From a virus, in IMG/VR virus record IMGVR_UViG_3300020215_000051: a DNA stretch of 64,000 nucleotides, one strand, 5' to 3'. The translations under genes and the position numbers were made by a program. This document shows positions 45,833 to 59,700 of this stretch, piece after piece; position 1 is the stretch's first letter; each line of letters starts with the position of its first letter. A model generated the notes under the pieces. It did not search any database, had not been told where the DNA came from, and worked only from the letters and a program-made list of their open reading frames with translations.

Positions 45833-46265
45833 ATTTAATCCTCATTTAGTATTTATGTACGCATAATAAACTACACGACACACAATACATGTGAGCTTAT
45901 TGATTACATTCTTGTAAGAAATTACCCATATTGCACCATACTGTAGCTAATTGCACCAATTGCCCCCAATCCATCCTTTGCTCACATTCTCCCCTTTGTT
46001 ATTATATTAATTATAATGTTATGTATATTTTCATAGACCATTCGTTATAGTTTTGACTACATATTTGTATTCACTTTCTATTAATAGTGACTACATATTT
46101 GTAGTCATAATTGAATGGTCATAGACCACAGCAAATAGAGGTAATAATCCTATCATAGTAGTATTTTTAACCTTTTCATTGCTTATTGTGTATATAATCC
46201 TACTTCTATAGGATTTTAACTAGCGGTTCGTTCATATTCTCCTCTCTGTTATTGTTCTTGTTTTA

Positions 46266-46293
46266 ATTATACACAAGAATAGATATTTGTCAA
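46266..46293 (-). promoter_or_regulatory. Leftward (early) sigma70 promoter
   Basis: TTGACA-16-TATAAT on the - strand. Confidence 0.65.
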
Positions 46294-46593
46294 TACTATC
46301 GTATTCCTATTCGTATATGTAATTGGCATTATTGCTTTAAAAGCAACACTTATGGCCTGTTACAACACATAATTGTTTCATTTGGCGTAATAAAACACAA
46401 AAAGATACATAACTGTCATTTTGTGACAGTTTTATGACAATAACGTGTGTTTTATAACGTCATGTATAGAAAATCGTAAATTCTATACATGACACCCTAA
46501 AAGGTGCTATTCTTAATATTTCTTTAATATAGCACCCGTTCGGGATGATTTAGATTGAAATAGGGTAGAAATAGAGAGAATAATACTGAGCGG

Positions 46594-46648
46594 GAAGTTG
46601 ACAACGATATTCATTAAGGTTGACAATCATAGTCCATAAGGTTGTCAA
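46594..46648 (+). repeat. Three 11-bp iteron-like repeats with exact 22-bp spacing
   Basis: GAAGTTGACAA 46594, AAGGTTGACAA 46616, AAGGTTGTCAA 46638. Confidence 0.65.
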
Positions 46649-47309
46649 TGTAGAATAGAACTAGAATAGATAATGTGTGATATAATGATCATATAGTAGC
46701 CTAATGGTTATTGTATTAAACATTCTGTCCTCAGTCAGCGATTAGGTAGGAGTTGTTCGGCCCTTTTCTTCTCGGTCTATTAGTTTGTTCACTATTTGTT
46801 CACCAAGTAGGTTCTATTTCAGAACCAACTCCCACAATTTTACCACATCACATCAACTATCTAATTGATTGTATTATTGAGACCACATGATTAAGAATCA
46901 TAAAACGGGGTACCACCGGGGGATGGGGGTCGATGTGTTTCTATGCACTACACCCGAAAAGTTTCTAACAAAAATTTCAGGATTTCACTTTCTATTCAAA
47001 CAGATAGTTGCTATTTAGCATAAAAATGTCCGGGTAAATGTCCGCTTGTTGAATGGTCATAAAACGTCCATACAAGCCCTCTACGCCTCTCCATTGACCC
47101 ACCCTATGCCTGACTATTACTTGTACAGGTAGAATTGAATGGTGAGGCTGTATTGCTGTTTAAACCCTATACAGGATAAAAGTTAATCTACCCCTTTTAG
47201 AGGATAGGTACAATAATACCTAAATAGGGTACGATAATACCCAATTTGGGGTATTTATGCAGGAAACTTTCTAAAAGAGGAAAGATGTAAAATATTTTTA
47301 CAATTACTG

Positions 47310-47338
47310 TTGACTTTTTGACCACCATGTGTTATAAT
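47310..47338 (+). promoter_or_regulatory. sigma70 promoter with extended -10
   Basis: TTGACT-17-TATAAT preceded by TGT. Confidence 0.85.
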
Positions 47339-47342
47339 ATAT

Positions 47343-47642
47343 GTATAGAGAGTAGGCGCTCCGGTAATACAAGAGGGAGCATGTTAAGGATCAACAAACA
47401 GGTTTATGTGATGACCTATGGAAGCGACTTCGGTAGCTAGGCACTTAGTCCATATGGTACATGAGGAAATGGAACCCATCACCCGTCTCGAGAGAACGAT
47501 ATCTACCCCTGATAAAGTCTATACACTCTTCTGGATACTAGAAACTGATTTCTGGCGTTAGCTTGGTTATGGATAGTCGATGTCTCAGTCCCTATGCAAT
47601 TAAGTTAGATAGACTGTTATATCACCAAGCTCTTGTATTGCT
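47343..47642 (+). ncRNA. Candidate ~300-nt structured RNA with long-range pseudoknot
   Basis: Starts at the predicted TSS; GTATAGA 47343-47349/TCTATAC 47518-47524; loop GGTAATACAAGAG 47363-47375 complementary to CTCTTGTATTGCT 47630-47642; C(UUCG)G loop; AGCTTGGT 47560-47567/ACCAAGCT 47624-47631. Confidence 0.7.
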
Positions 47643-47658
47643 GTGGAAAGAATTAAAT

Positions 47659-47793
47659 ATGACTACAACAGTTAAGAATAAGTTAAAAACATTGCCTGCT
47701 GAACGTAGAAAAAGAATAGTTAAACGTGCAAAAGATCTTATTGCTGAAGAATTGAAACTTACTAGAAAACAACAAAAACAAATTGTGAGATAA
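47659..47793 (+). CDS. 44-aa peptide resembling the N-terminus of XRE/HigA-type antitoxins, without the HTH
   Basis: MTTTVKNKLKTLPAERRKRIVKRAKDLIAEELKL resembles L..ERR.RI..RA..LIAEE.L; ends where the HTH would begin. Confidence 0.55.
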   Translation: MTTTVKNKLKTLPAERRKRIVKRAKDLIAEELKLTRKQQKQIVR

Positions 47794-50700
47794 CTATGAC
47801 AGATAATAATATCGATGAAGAAGATGATTTACAATCTGAAGCAGAACTTATATTAGATAACTTCACTAAAAACTTAACACACATCAAAGAACAATTATCT
47901 CAATCCCCTAATTTATTACGTAGCTATATTGTTGTAGCGGATTTCTTAAATGCAGAAACAGGAGAATCCTCTCACAGCATGGGCTTCTCTGGGATGGACC
48001 AATTAAGAACCTTGGGGTTGCTTGATTTAGCTAAAATGGAATATCTCAATAAATTAGTCGAAGAAGTGAATGCTCCCACACCCCCTCCTTTCTTTATGCC
48101 CAGTGATCCAAAAAAACATTGATCAAAAACTTGACAAAATGAGGATGTTGTGCTATAATTATACTATAGGCACAGTTTATCTCGTCTAAGGCCCCCTACC
48201 AATGATCCGAGGCTCAGACGATAAGCCCACGGGCTAGGGTTAAATAGCCCCCTTCTGGGAGACTCTATGGCTGATCTAATTGAGATTATAGACGAACAGA
48301 ACAAGAAACGCAAGGAAAGAAGTCAAAAAATTTACAAGATTTTATATGAAGCAGCAAAAAGGATCAGAGTCTTACCTGATAAGACTTATGCGGTAGAAGG
48401 AATGAAAGTCGTTGCTGCTAAACGAATCCTAGAATTAATAGAAGATTTGAAACGCCATGATCACTAAAGTTACCTGTAGTGAGTGCAAGAAAAAGGTAGA
48501 AGTTTTCGCGACAGAAGAGATAGTCAGTTTTACCTGTTCTGTCTGTAAAACGAAGAAGCTAACAGCGGACATGGAGTATAAGGAGATAGAAGGTGTGCCC
48601 CTCTATGACAGAGGTGAAGCATGGAGAGCAGTGAATTATATGAAGATGAATAAAAAAACGGAATATAAAAAAACCATGACGTTTATGCCAGGAATGAAGA
48701 AAAAAGGAATTCAATACGATAAATAAAGCACCCGTTAAGAGGTGTAATTGTAGGGGAGCACTCTCCCCTTTTTTATTAAGTAACCTGCTCTGCTTTCAGC
48801 ATCAGGCATTCGAGACTGTACAAAGGCCCGCCCAGTACAGCAAAAATAACCTCCCACGCTGGTAAGTTTATTACATAAAGATGGTGTCAACGATGTGATG
48901 GCACACAGCGGACCAGGGGAATTAAAGAACGACGATACTTGACGATGTGTTGTGAGCGTCCGAGTCAAAGCGAAAGCTGAGATAGGTCATCGGGCTGTAT
49001 GCAAAGCTCTCCAGGGAAAATAGTTCTTTAACGGAGTTCCGGCTCTTGGGTAAACCGGTTTTACTAACTTATCTACCATGTGTAGAAAAAGCATCCGGAA
49101 TTGTGAAAGCAATTCCAGCCAAATTTCTTCTCCCGAAGAAACCAGGTGTCACATACCAGCCCAATTGGAAGCTAGCGGAAAAGACCGCAGATAAACAGAC
49201 GATGCTTCCTACGGCTAGAAAGAGAATCGAACAGGTCTGTAGGATTCTTTTGAAGTTGTGACCAGCCTACGTGGGTAACTGTAGGAGCTATTAACGCAGC
49301 TAAGTGAACCAGTGTCACATGAGGCTCATAATCTCAAAAGGACGTGCAACTCGTCAAGCTGCTACCAAATTCTCTCCACCCGATCTCACACGGGGACAGT
49401 GTATGGACTGTTTAGGAGTGTAAGCGACACCTGCTTCTTTCGTAGCAACTACGTCCCAAGTGGTGTGACCAGGCAGAGAGTTGCCTTTCTATTCATAACT
49501 ATAATTATAAACGAGAAGTAAATGAAACTTTTAATTAATGGCATCGACGTCAATGGTCGAGATATTGGTTTAAGAGCACATAGCGACACTATCAATCAAA
49601 AATCTCTAGCGGCAAATACAGCAGAACGAGACACCATCCCAACAGGCGCTAAAAGAGTTGTTATTTCAGCTACTGCTAATGTTTGGGTGTTGCTTGGTAG
49701 TAGTGGTGTAACCGCCGCTAACACAGGTGATGTTTCAGACGGCTCTGCGTCTGAATTAAATCCTTCTGGTTACTTATTAGATGGTTCTGCTACACATATT
49801 TCTGTGATCAGTGATGCGACCTGTCTTGTAACACTATCATATTATGCATAGGACTAGTTGATGAGTAATATTGAGAACTACTCAAATCAGCCTATTCCTA
49901 CAATCTCCTCGCTAGGTGTTCAGGCTTCGGATACTGATTTAGATGCGCTTGCAGGCTTGTCTACAACCGGTATCGTTGTACGTACCGGTTCAGGCACAGC
50001 AACCACGCGCACTATTACCGGTACAGCTGCTGAAATCACCGTTACAAATGGTGATGGTGTTTCTGCTGCTCCTAGTTTAAGTTTGCCTGCCGCTTTAACT
50101 TTTTCAGGAAAAACAATTACAGGTGGTACGTTTGCTAGTCCAGCTTTAACAACTCCTACAATAGGTGTTGCTACTGCTACGAGTATTAATGGTTTAACGA
50201 TTACCTCTAGTACTGGTACCTTAACTATTACCAATGGCAAAACACTTTCCGTTAGTAATACTTTAACATTTACGGGGACAGATTCATCCTCAGTCGCATT
50301 TGGAGCTGGTGGTACAGTTGCTTATACATCTAATAAACTAGATGTGTTTGCTGCTACAACTTCTTCTGAACTAGCGGGTGTTATCTCAGACGAAACTGGA
50401 TCTGGCGCTCTTGTATTTGCCACATCTCCAACGTTAGTTACTCCGCTTTTGGGTACACCAACTTCAGGAACACTAACAAATTGTACTGGCTTACCTATTA
50501 GTACCGGCGTTAGTGGTTTAGGTACAGATGTAGCTACGTTCCTAGCTACACCATCTAGCGCTAATTTAAAAACAGCAGTAACAGACGAAACAGGAAGTGG
50601 TGCTCTCGTCTTTGCTAATACTCCAACCTTGGTCACTCCTTTATTAGGAACACCAACGTCGGGAACCCTCACTAATTGCACGGGTTTGCCTATTAGCACA

Positions 50701-53700
50701 GGAGTGTCAGGATTAGGAACAGGAGTTGCTACATTTCTAGCGACACCCTCTTCCGCTAATTTAGCATCAGCGGTTACGGATGAAACGGGTAGTGGTGCTC
50801 TGGTTTTTGCTACCTCGCCAACATTAACAACACCAAATATTGGTGTTGCTACCGGCACTTCATTTAATAGCTTAACAGGCGCGGCTGCGCAAAGCGATCA
50901 AGAAACTGCAACATCAACAACTACAGTAGTCACTCCAGGAAGACAACATTATCACCCTAGTGCAGCAAAAGCATGGGTTCGATTTGTTACTACGACATCA
51001 ACATCTAACCAAGGCAGCTACAACATTAGCTCATTAACTGATAACGGCACTGGGGACACTACTATTAATTTTACAACTTCATTTTCTGCCACAAATAATT
51101 ATGCAATGGCAGGTATGTGTCAGGCTAGTGTTAGCAATCGGTCATTTATGTCCACTTCAATCTCGTATGGAGCTAGTGCGTCTTCTTATCGAGTAGTTAC
51201 GATACGAGAGGATACAGGTGCTTTAACTGACGCTGAAACTAATGGCGCAATATTCTTTGGAGATCATGCCTAATGATCTTATTTTCATTAAGATTTATAA
51301 GATGGTTATTAACATGGTTATTAATTCTTTTACCTCTCCAATTAATAGGTGCAGTTTTATTATTACTATATTTACCTGTCCACAGAGCTTTAGTGCGTCG
51401 AGGATTATCTCAAAGCATAAAATTACCTTTCTTACTACGTTGGTTTGATAATGCAGATTTATATGTTGGTAGAGATACCTCTGTTTATTTAAGCAAATTC
51501 GGCGACGCCTTTTGGACACACTATACCTGGTTAGCTTTTCGTAATCCTTTAAATTATTTTGGTTATGTTGTCTTAGGATTTGTAGCAGGAGACAGAGTGC
51601 TTACTACGTTTTCTAAATTTCCATCTATAAACCTAAGAGCAGATCAAGAACATTGCGAAATAGGTGACGGTAGTGATGATGTACCTGGTTTGTTTACCGC
51701 TGAATTAGAAAATAATGATAAGACCTACTTCGAATATTATTACATAAAAAAATATAATTTCTTTGGCACTACAAAATGTATACGTGTTCGTATCGGCCAT
51801 AAAATAGGTTCGAATACTAAGCCAGGACAACATTGCCAATGGGTTTTCGTTATTTCTCCATTTCATTCATATGACGGTATTTAATTGATGTTTGATCCTG
51901 TAACAATCTTGACTGCTTTTATTCCTACAATTCAATACGTAGCAGGAAGAATTGTAGATAAATATACAGGCGGCCCCGCGCCGTCTAATGCACAAGAAGC
52001 CATTCAGTTGATGAATGCCGAAACTGAAAAATTAAAAGCATTATCCGATTTAGATAATGCTGACGGTGCTGCTCAATGGGTGCAAACAATTAAAGGATTA
52101 CAGCGTCCTTTTGCGGTTGTACTTATCCTTTCTGCTTGGTATTTCGTAGCACTACGTACAGGCATCCAACTACAAGATTTAGAAAATTTAGCGTCGGCAG
52201 TTATTTTTTATTTATTCGGACAACGCACACAAATGATTCTTCATACTAATAAGAGAGTTAAGTAATGGCTCGTTTTACACCTCAAAACGTAGGGTCAGGT
52301 TTTCAATCTACAACAACAATTAATGAAAACTTTACAAATATTGAGACAGCAATCAATAATACGCTTTCTCGTTCAGGAGATTCCCCTAATTCAATGTCTG
52401 CTAATCTAGACATGAATTCAAACCGTATTATTAATTTAGCAGCGCCCCAAAATGATAACGATGCCGCTCGCTGGGTAGACATAACAGATTCAGTTGAATT
52501 GACTGGTACCGCAGTCCCCTCTCTTACAGGTAATGCAAGTAAAGTTTTAACTGTTAATGTGGCTGAAACAGGTATCGCTTGGACAACGCCAGGCCAAGTA
52601 TTTACAGCACCTACTCTAGGCACACCTATCTCAGGCACCCTAACAAACTGTACAGGGCTTCCTATCAGTACTGGCATAAGTGGTTTAGCCAGTGGTATGG
52701 CTACGTTCTTAGCCACTCCTTCAAGTGCAAATTTACGTTCCACTATTACAGACGAGACAGGTACGGGCTCGTTAGTGTTTGCAACTTCTCCCACACTAAC
52801 AACCCCTACATTAACTTCTCCTACATTAACAACACCGAGTATAGGTGTTGCAACAGGAACATCTTTTAATGGTCTAACTGGAGCAGCAACCCAGGCAGAA
52901 CAAGAAACAGCAAGTTCTACCACGGTAATAGTAACACCGGGACGACAGCAGTATCATCCCAGCGCTGCAAAAGCATGGCTTCGATATGCTACTACTGGTT
53001 CCACTACGATTACTCTAAGTTATGGCATTTCGTCACTAACTGATAATGGTACGGGTGACACTACAGTTACGTTTTCTACTGCTTTTAGTACGACCGCTTT
53101 TTCCGCTGCTGCATTATGTCAGCAATCAGCTAGTAATCGAACATACGCCACTATTAGTGGTTCCTATGCTGCAAGCACAACTACTTTGCGCATTGATACG
53201 TTTAATGAAAGCGCGGGCGCCCTTGCCGACTGTGAAATCGTTAATGCAATATTCTTTGGAGATCATGCCTAATGAATAAAGTTGTTGTAATTAAAAAAGA
53301 AGACGGGGGTTGTTCTATTTTAAACCCCGCACCCGAAATGTTTGATGTTAATTCTAGGACAAGGCAACTATTAACATCGACTGGGGTATTAGTAGATGAA
53401 GAGAATAAACCAATATCTGATGAATCTATAATATTCGATTGGATTGTTGAAAAAGATGTGCCTTCTTATCGCTCATTAATGCTTTCCGGAGAGTCGGATG
53501 AAGAGGCCCAAATAAGATTAAATATTCAAAATTTAGATTCTAAGCTGCCCCATAGAATAACGAATACTGATAACCTACCAGTTGATCGATATTTTAGAAA
53601 TGCTTGGACGGATGATAATCCAACTGAAACTGTGGATGTACATGTTGAAAAAGCGCAAGCAATACAAAAGAATAAGTTGCGCCAGTTACGGGAACCTCTC

Positions 53701-56700
53701 TTAGCTAAACTAGATGTAGAGTATCAACGTGCAGATGAAGCTGGCGACACTACCAAAAAACAAGAAATAGCAAAACTAAAACAAGAATTACGAGATGTGC
53801 CTGATTTAGAATTTCCTAATGAGTTAGAAGAATTAAAGAACTTCGTCCCAGATGTATTATTAAATTTATCTTCCCCTGTCACAGAAGCTTCTTCCACAGT
53901 GAGCACTTGGCAACAATTATTAACCAAAATCCGTAATATTTTTTCGTGAAAATTATGAATAAAGAATTAATGAAAGATAGTATGGGGCGGTTTCGAACTA
54001 AATCCTTATTTAAAGAACTTAGTGAGACTCCTGCTATTCCTACTGTTTACACAATCGAAGAGGCTTATCAACTCTATATGAGCCATCAAACCGAATATGA
54101 TGCTGCAATGGCTTTAGTAGGTTCCTGGCAGCATTGGAAAAAGCTAATTGCTTGTAAAGAGTTTTTTGAATATTTGGAATTATGGCGAGAAGAAAAAGAA
54201 GAAAAGTTAATGTCAGAAGGAATCAAGAGCATGGTTATAGCTGCTTCGACTCCTGATAGACAAGGAAGGACAAACGTTGTAGCTGCTCGTTGGTTAGCAG
54301 AAAAAGGGTTCAAACCAAAAGATAAGAAAAAGAAAGATAAAGATAGAGACAGTTCCGCACAAGACCGCATCTTATCCAATCTAACCAACGATCTTATTAG
54401 AGTAAAGAGAATGAAGGATTAATAAGATGTCACCAGAAACAATATTAAATTTACTTGTTGCAGGCGCTGTTAGTTATTTATGGTGGAAGATCCGTCACAT
54501 GGAAACCAAATTAGAAAACACTTATTCGAAACTTGAAGTACGACAGCTAATCGAAGATTTAGTCCATCCTGTTAATGTTGAATTACGTAACATGAAAGAC
54601 AGCGTGGGCAAATTAGATCATAAACTAGATCGTTTAATCGATTTAATCTCCAGGTCAAATGACAAATAAACGTAAAACTCAATTAGATGAATTGCGAGAA
54701 TTGTGTGAAAGTGATTTATATACTTTCGCTTCTTATATCAATCCTCAATATGTATATGGGGATGTCCACAGAGACCTCGCTCAATTCTTAATGCAAGATG
54801 ACGATGACCAATTAGTTTTGCTACCACGAGGCCATTTAAAATCACACTGGATGGCAATGGATTGTGCTTGGCGAATCACACGAAATCCAGAAATAACGAT
54901 TGGGTATTGTTCAGCTACAGAACAACTTGCATTGGAGCAATTATCAGTAATCAAGAACGTTTTGGAGTCAGAACGTTATCGATTATTGTGGCCCGATATG
55001 ACTAACCCCGATGTGGGTAAAAGAGAAAGATGGGCATCGGCTTCTATAAAAGTCGATCATCCTATCCGAAAAGCAGAGGCCGTGCGTGACGCTACTGTAC
55101 ATGCCTTTGGCATCAACGGCAATACGACAGGATTACATTTCGACCGCATGTATTTTGATGACGTCGTAGTAGAAGACAACGTAGCGACGGAAGATTTAAG
55201 AAGTAAGACGGCTGCCTCACATTCTCAATTGTCCGCTTCAGTATTAAATGTTGGAGGAAAGACAAAAACTTCTGGAACGATTTGGCACCCTAAAGATTTA
55301 TATAGCGTAATGCTTGGCACAGTAGTTGAAACAGACGAAGGACAGAAATCGATTTATAAAGTCTTTCGTAGAACTGTGGAAGAACATGGTAGTTTTCTTT
55401 GGCCCCGCACTGAAAGAAATGACGGTAAGAAATTCGGCATGGATGATCAACAGCTTGCTAAGATCAAAGCCAAATATATATCAAATAGCCAACTACCCCA
55501 GTTTTTCATGCAATATTACAACGATCCTAACTCTGCTGAAACTGCGCGCTTTGATCGATCTAGGTTCCAATATTATGACAGACGATACATCCATGTAGCC
55601 GACGGTTCTGTATTTTTTAAGCAAGAAAAGTTGAATGTGTTTGCTGCTATTGACTTTGCGTACTCTCTTAATAAAAAGGCGGATTACACGGCAATTGTTG
55701 TTATCGGAATGGATTCAAATAAGTTTATTTATGTTTTAGATATAGACCGATTTAAGACAAAAAACCCAGAAGATTATTTCCATCGTGTGTTTTCTCTTCA
55801 TGAGAAGTGGCACTTAAAACGCCTCCGAGTAGAAGTCACATCGGCACAGGTAATTATCTGTCAGTATTTAAAAGACCGCATTAGAGAGTTGGGTTTAAAT
55901 CTCAGTATTGACGAGCATCGCCCTACTCGTCATCACGGAACGAAAGAAGAACGAATCATAGCAACACTCGATCCTTTATATCAAAACGGATCAGTTTGGC
56001 ATTACAACGGCGGGTTAATTCATTTATTAGAAGAAGAGCTTCTTTTAGATAACCCCCAACATGATGATATTAAAGATGCTTTTGCTTCCGCTATTGAAGT
56101 AGCAAGAGCGCCCAAGAAAAACGGTATTGTGATAGACAAAATGAAAAAATTTAATTTTAGTTCTAGATTTGGAGGCATCCGCTAATGCCTTTCAATACGT
56201 TAGATTTACCCCAAGAGTTGTCTCCAGAAGATTTGGCCATAACGATAACCACGATGTTTGATCGGTGGAAAATGGATCGTCTATCTTGGGAAAAAGAAAC
56301 TACAGATATACGTAATACTTTATTTGCTTCGACTATTGATACTACGACCAATAGCACGAACCCATTTTTAAACAGGACTACTTTACCTAAGCTAACGCAG
56401 ATTTATGATAATTTAATTGCTAACTACGATGCTTCGTTGTTCCCGAACCAAGATTGGTTTGTATTTGAAAGTGAAAGTGTTGATGGAGCAATGAAAGACA
56501 AGAAACGAAAAATTAAGAATTATTTAAAGACAAAAACAAGACAGCTTAAATTTCGAGTGATTATGAGACAGTTACTAGCAGACTGGTTGTTAACTGGTAA
56601 TTGCTTCGCTGGATTAGATTTTGTTCGGGAATATACGATTGATTCCGTTACGGGGGAAAAAGTATTAGGTTATGTAGGCCCAAAACCCTATCGCATTGCT

Positions 56701-59700
56701 CCACTAGATGTTGTATTTGATGTCAAAGCTACTTCGTTTAATAAAGCTCCTAAGATTATTCGCACCTTAAAAACACTAGGACAAATGGCGAGGGAAGTAG
56801 AGACCCATCCTGAATTAGGTTATACCAAAGAATTAATAAAAAAGATTGCTGAGCGTCGTTCTTTATTAACTCCTCGGAATAAAAGTAATCTCAATTATGA
56901 TGAAGAAAAACTACGTGCTTTAAAAGCTGACGGGTTTGGTACTTTACAAGAATATTATCGTAGTAATTTGGTTGAAATACTTGAATTTTACGGTGATGTG
57001 TATATAGAACAAGATGACAAATTACACCCCAATCATGTTATTACAGTGGTTGATCGAGCTAATGTAATTCGTAATGAGCCTGTTAAATCTTGGAATGGAG
57101 ATCATAACATCTTCACCGCAGCATGGAGAAACAGACCTGATAACTTAATGGGTATGTCTCCGTTTGCAAACCTCTTAGGCATGCAACATCGTTTAGATAA
57201 ATTAGAAAATACTAAAGCAGATGTATTTGATCAAATTGCCTACCCCATCATGATCGAAAAAGGTGATGTGGAATATTATGACGGTGAGGGCAATCTTAAT
57301 GGTATGCGAGGCACTCCTGGCGGTTTTTATCGTGCTGATGCTGATGGGGATGTTAATGTATTACGTCCAGATGCAACCGCACTAAATGCCGACTTTCAAA
57401 TCCAAAACTTAATGATGGCAATGGAGGAATTAGCAGGTGCTCCTAAGAATACGATGGGTATTCGTACACCCGGTGAAAAGACTGCTTTTGAAGTACAAAC
57501 ATTAGATAATGCAGCTAGTCGTATATTCCAAAACAAAGTAGCTTACTTAGAAGAAGAATTCTTAGAACCATTATTAAATGCAATGCTAGAGATGGCACGC
57601 CGCAACCTAGATGTTAGTGATGTTATTAAAATGACAGATGATCAACTAGGGGTTGATACTTTTATTGAATTAACTAAGAACGATTTAACTGCTGCTGGCA
57701 AGATTTACGCAGTAGGTTCTCGATATTTTGCCCGCAATGCAACCATCGCTCAAAATCTAACAATGCTATCCAATAGCCCATTATTTCAATTAGTACAAAA
57801 TGATTTGGATAGACATTCCATGACCCAATTACTAGAGTCTATTTTAGGCCTAGAACAATTTAGTTTATTCCGCGCCAATATAGGCATTGAGCAACAACTA
57901 GAAAGTCAACGTTTAATCCAAACAGCACAGGAACAACTAGCCGCTGAATCTCAAACACCAGCAGAGGGTATGTTACCAAATGAAACTGATCAGCCTCCTT
58001 CCACATAGTTTAAAGCTTGAAGAGTTAGAGAAATGGAAAGCAAAGATAAGTAATTCTAGGGATGTATTAGAACTTGTAGCTATGTATATCAACAAACAAC
58101 TGAGAGAGATAAACGCTAAGTTAGATGATACAAAAGTTTATATGAACCCTGCTTGTGATCGATTGATATCCGGTCTATTACAGACAAGAGCCGAGCTTAA
58201 AAAAATAAGAGAACTATTAATAAATGAGGAATCAAAATAATGTCAGACCAGAATATTTTTAATTCAGATGACAAGACTGAAGCAAAGAATGAATCTGTCG
58301 AACCCAGAAAAGAAGAATCTAAAATTGATTTAGATGTAGTTAATAAACGTTTACAAGATAAAGACGAACATATTAAACGAATAGAACAAGAAAATGCAGA
58401 ACTTCGAAAAGCACAAGAAAGAGCAAAAACTATCGACGAAGTTTTGGAAAAAATGAAATCAGGATCTGAACAAGATCCGAAACCTGTTTCAACGGATTTA
58501 TTGAAAGAGGTTGAGTCTTTAGTAGATAGGAAACTATCCATTAAAGAGCAAGAACAAGAACGTCTCAGACAACATCAACTCCATGCCGACAATGCAAAAA
58601 AAGTTGCTGCTGCTTTACGTGAAGTTTACGGAGACAAAGCCGAAGAAATCTTCAACAAGAAAGCGCAAGAGATGGGCGAGCCAGTAGAGGACTTACATAA
58701 ACTGGCGATGGTCAAACCTAATGTTATTTTAAAGGCATTTGGTTTGGAAAACGGGCCTGCTTCAGTTAATAGAACACAATCAGCGACGGCTGATGTTAAT
58801 ACAACAGCAGTGCTCAACAATAACTCCGCAAATAATAAAATTTCTGAATTAACTAGAAAATATTTCAGCGATCCATTCAATTCAGGGGCTGTATTTTCAG
58901 AACTTGAAAAAGAATTTATTTCGCGGTCTAAAGACAATAAATAATAGGGTGAATTATGGCAAATGTAACGTCAAATTCTAGCCCGTTAATTCGCGCCCAA
59001 GTCTATTCTCAAATGCTTCAAGAAGCACTAAAAGATAACTTGGTAGGCATGAAACTTGCAATGGATGTTTCCGACTTTGGTGATGGAACCACATACAACA
59101 TTCCTTCTATCGGTGATGTTGTTATTCGAGATATTACGGAAGACAGTCCAGCAGTTTATGATGCGATCGACACGGGTAATTTTACCATGACAATTACTGA
59201 TTTCAAATCCGCAGGTTCTTACGTAAGCCGTAAGTTACTTGAAGACGGTTATATGGGTCAAAAATTGTTAGCAGCAGTTCCCAGGAAGCATTTAGATGCT
59301 TTAATGCAACACTTTGAAACACGCTTATTTGCAGTAGCCAACGCAGCACAAACTGCCGCCGCCGCAAATAACGTAAATAGTCAAGCCCATCGTATAGCCG
59401 GTAGCGGTACTAGTGGTGTAGTTGCATTAGCAGACTTTGCTAAAATTAAAACATCAATGGACAAAGCTAATTGTCCTGCAAATAGTCGAGTTATGTTTAT
59501 CGATCCTCTAGGGGAAAAAGATTTAAATAACTTAACTAACTTAATCAACGTCTCTAACAATCCTAAGTTCGAAGGTATTATCAATACCGGTTTCGCACGG
59601 GATACGAGATTCTTAGTAAATATTTTTGGTATTGATATTTACACTTCTAACCGTCTACCTAATATCACTTCTGAAACTGTGAATAGTGTAGCGGTAACAA

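Larger units (their letters stand above)
1..47668. mobile_element. Complete temperate podovirus-like phage genome (one unit length, circularly permuted)
   Basis: Terminase, portal, capsid, short-tail and internal virion genes on +; T7-like replication genes on -; integrase with attP; sequence restarts at 47669. Confidence 0.95.

Noticed and set aside
47563-47658. N-terminal extension of ORF 47563-47793
   Set aside because: Lies within the long hairpin of the 300-nt RNA; the ATG at 47659 is the more plausible start.
1-47668. Autographiviridae-type single-subunit RNA polymerase
   Set aside because: No such ORF despite T7-like replication genes; only sigma70-type promoters were found.
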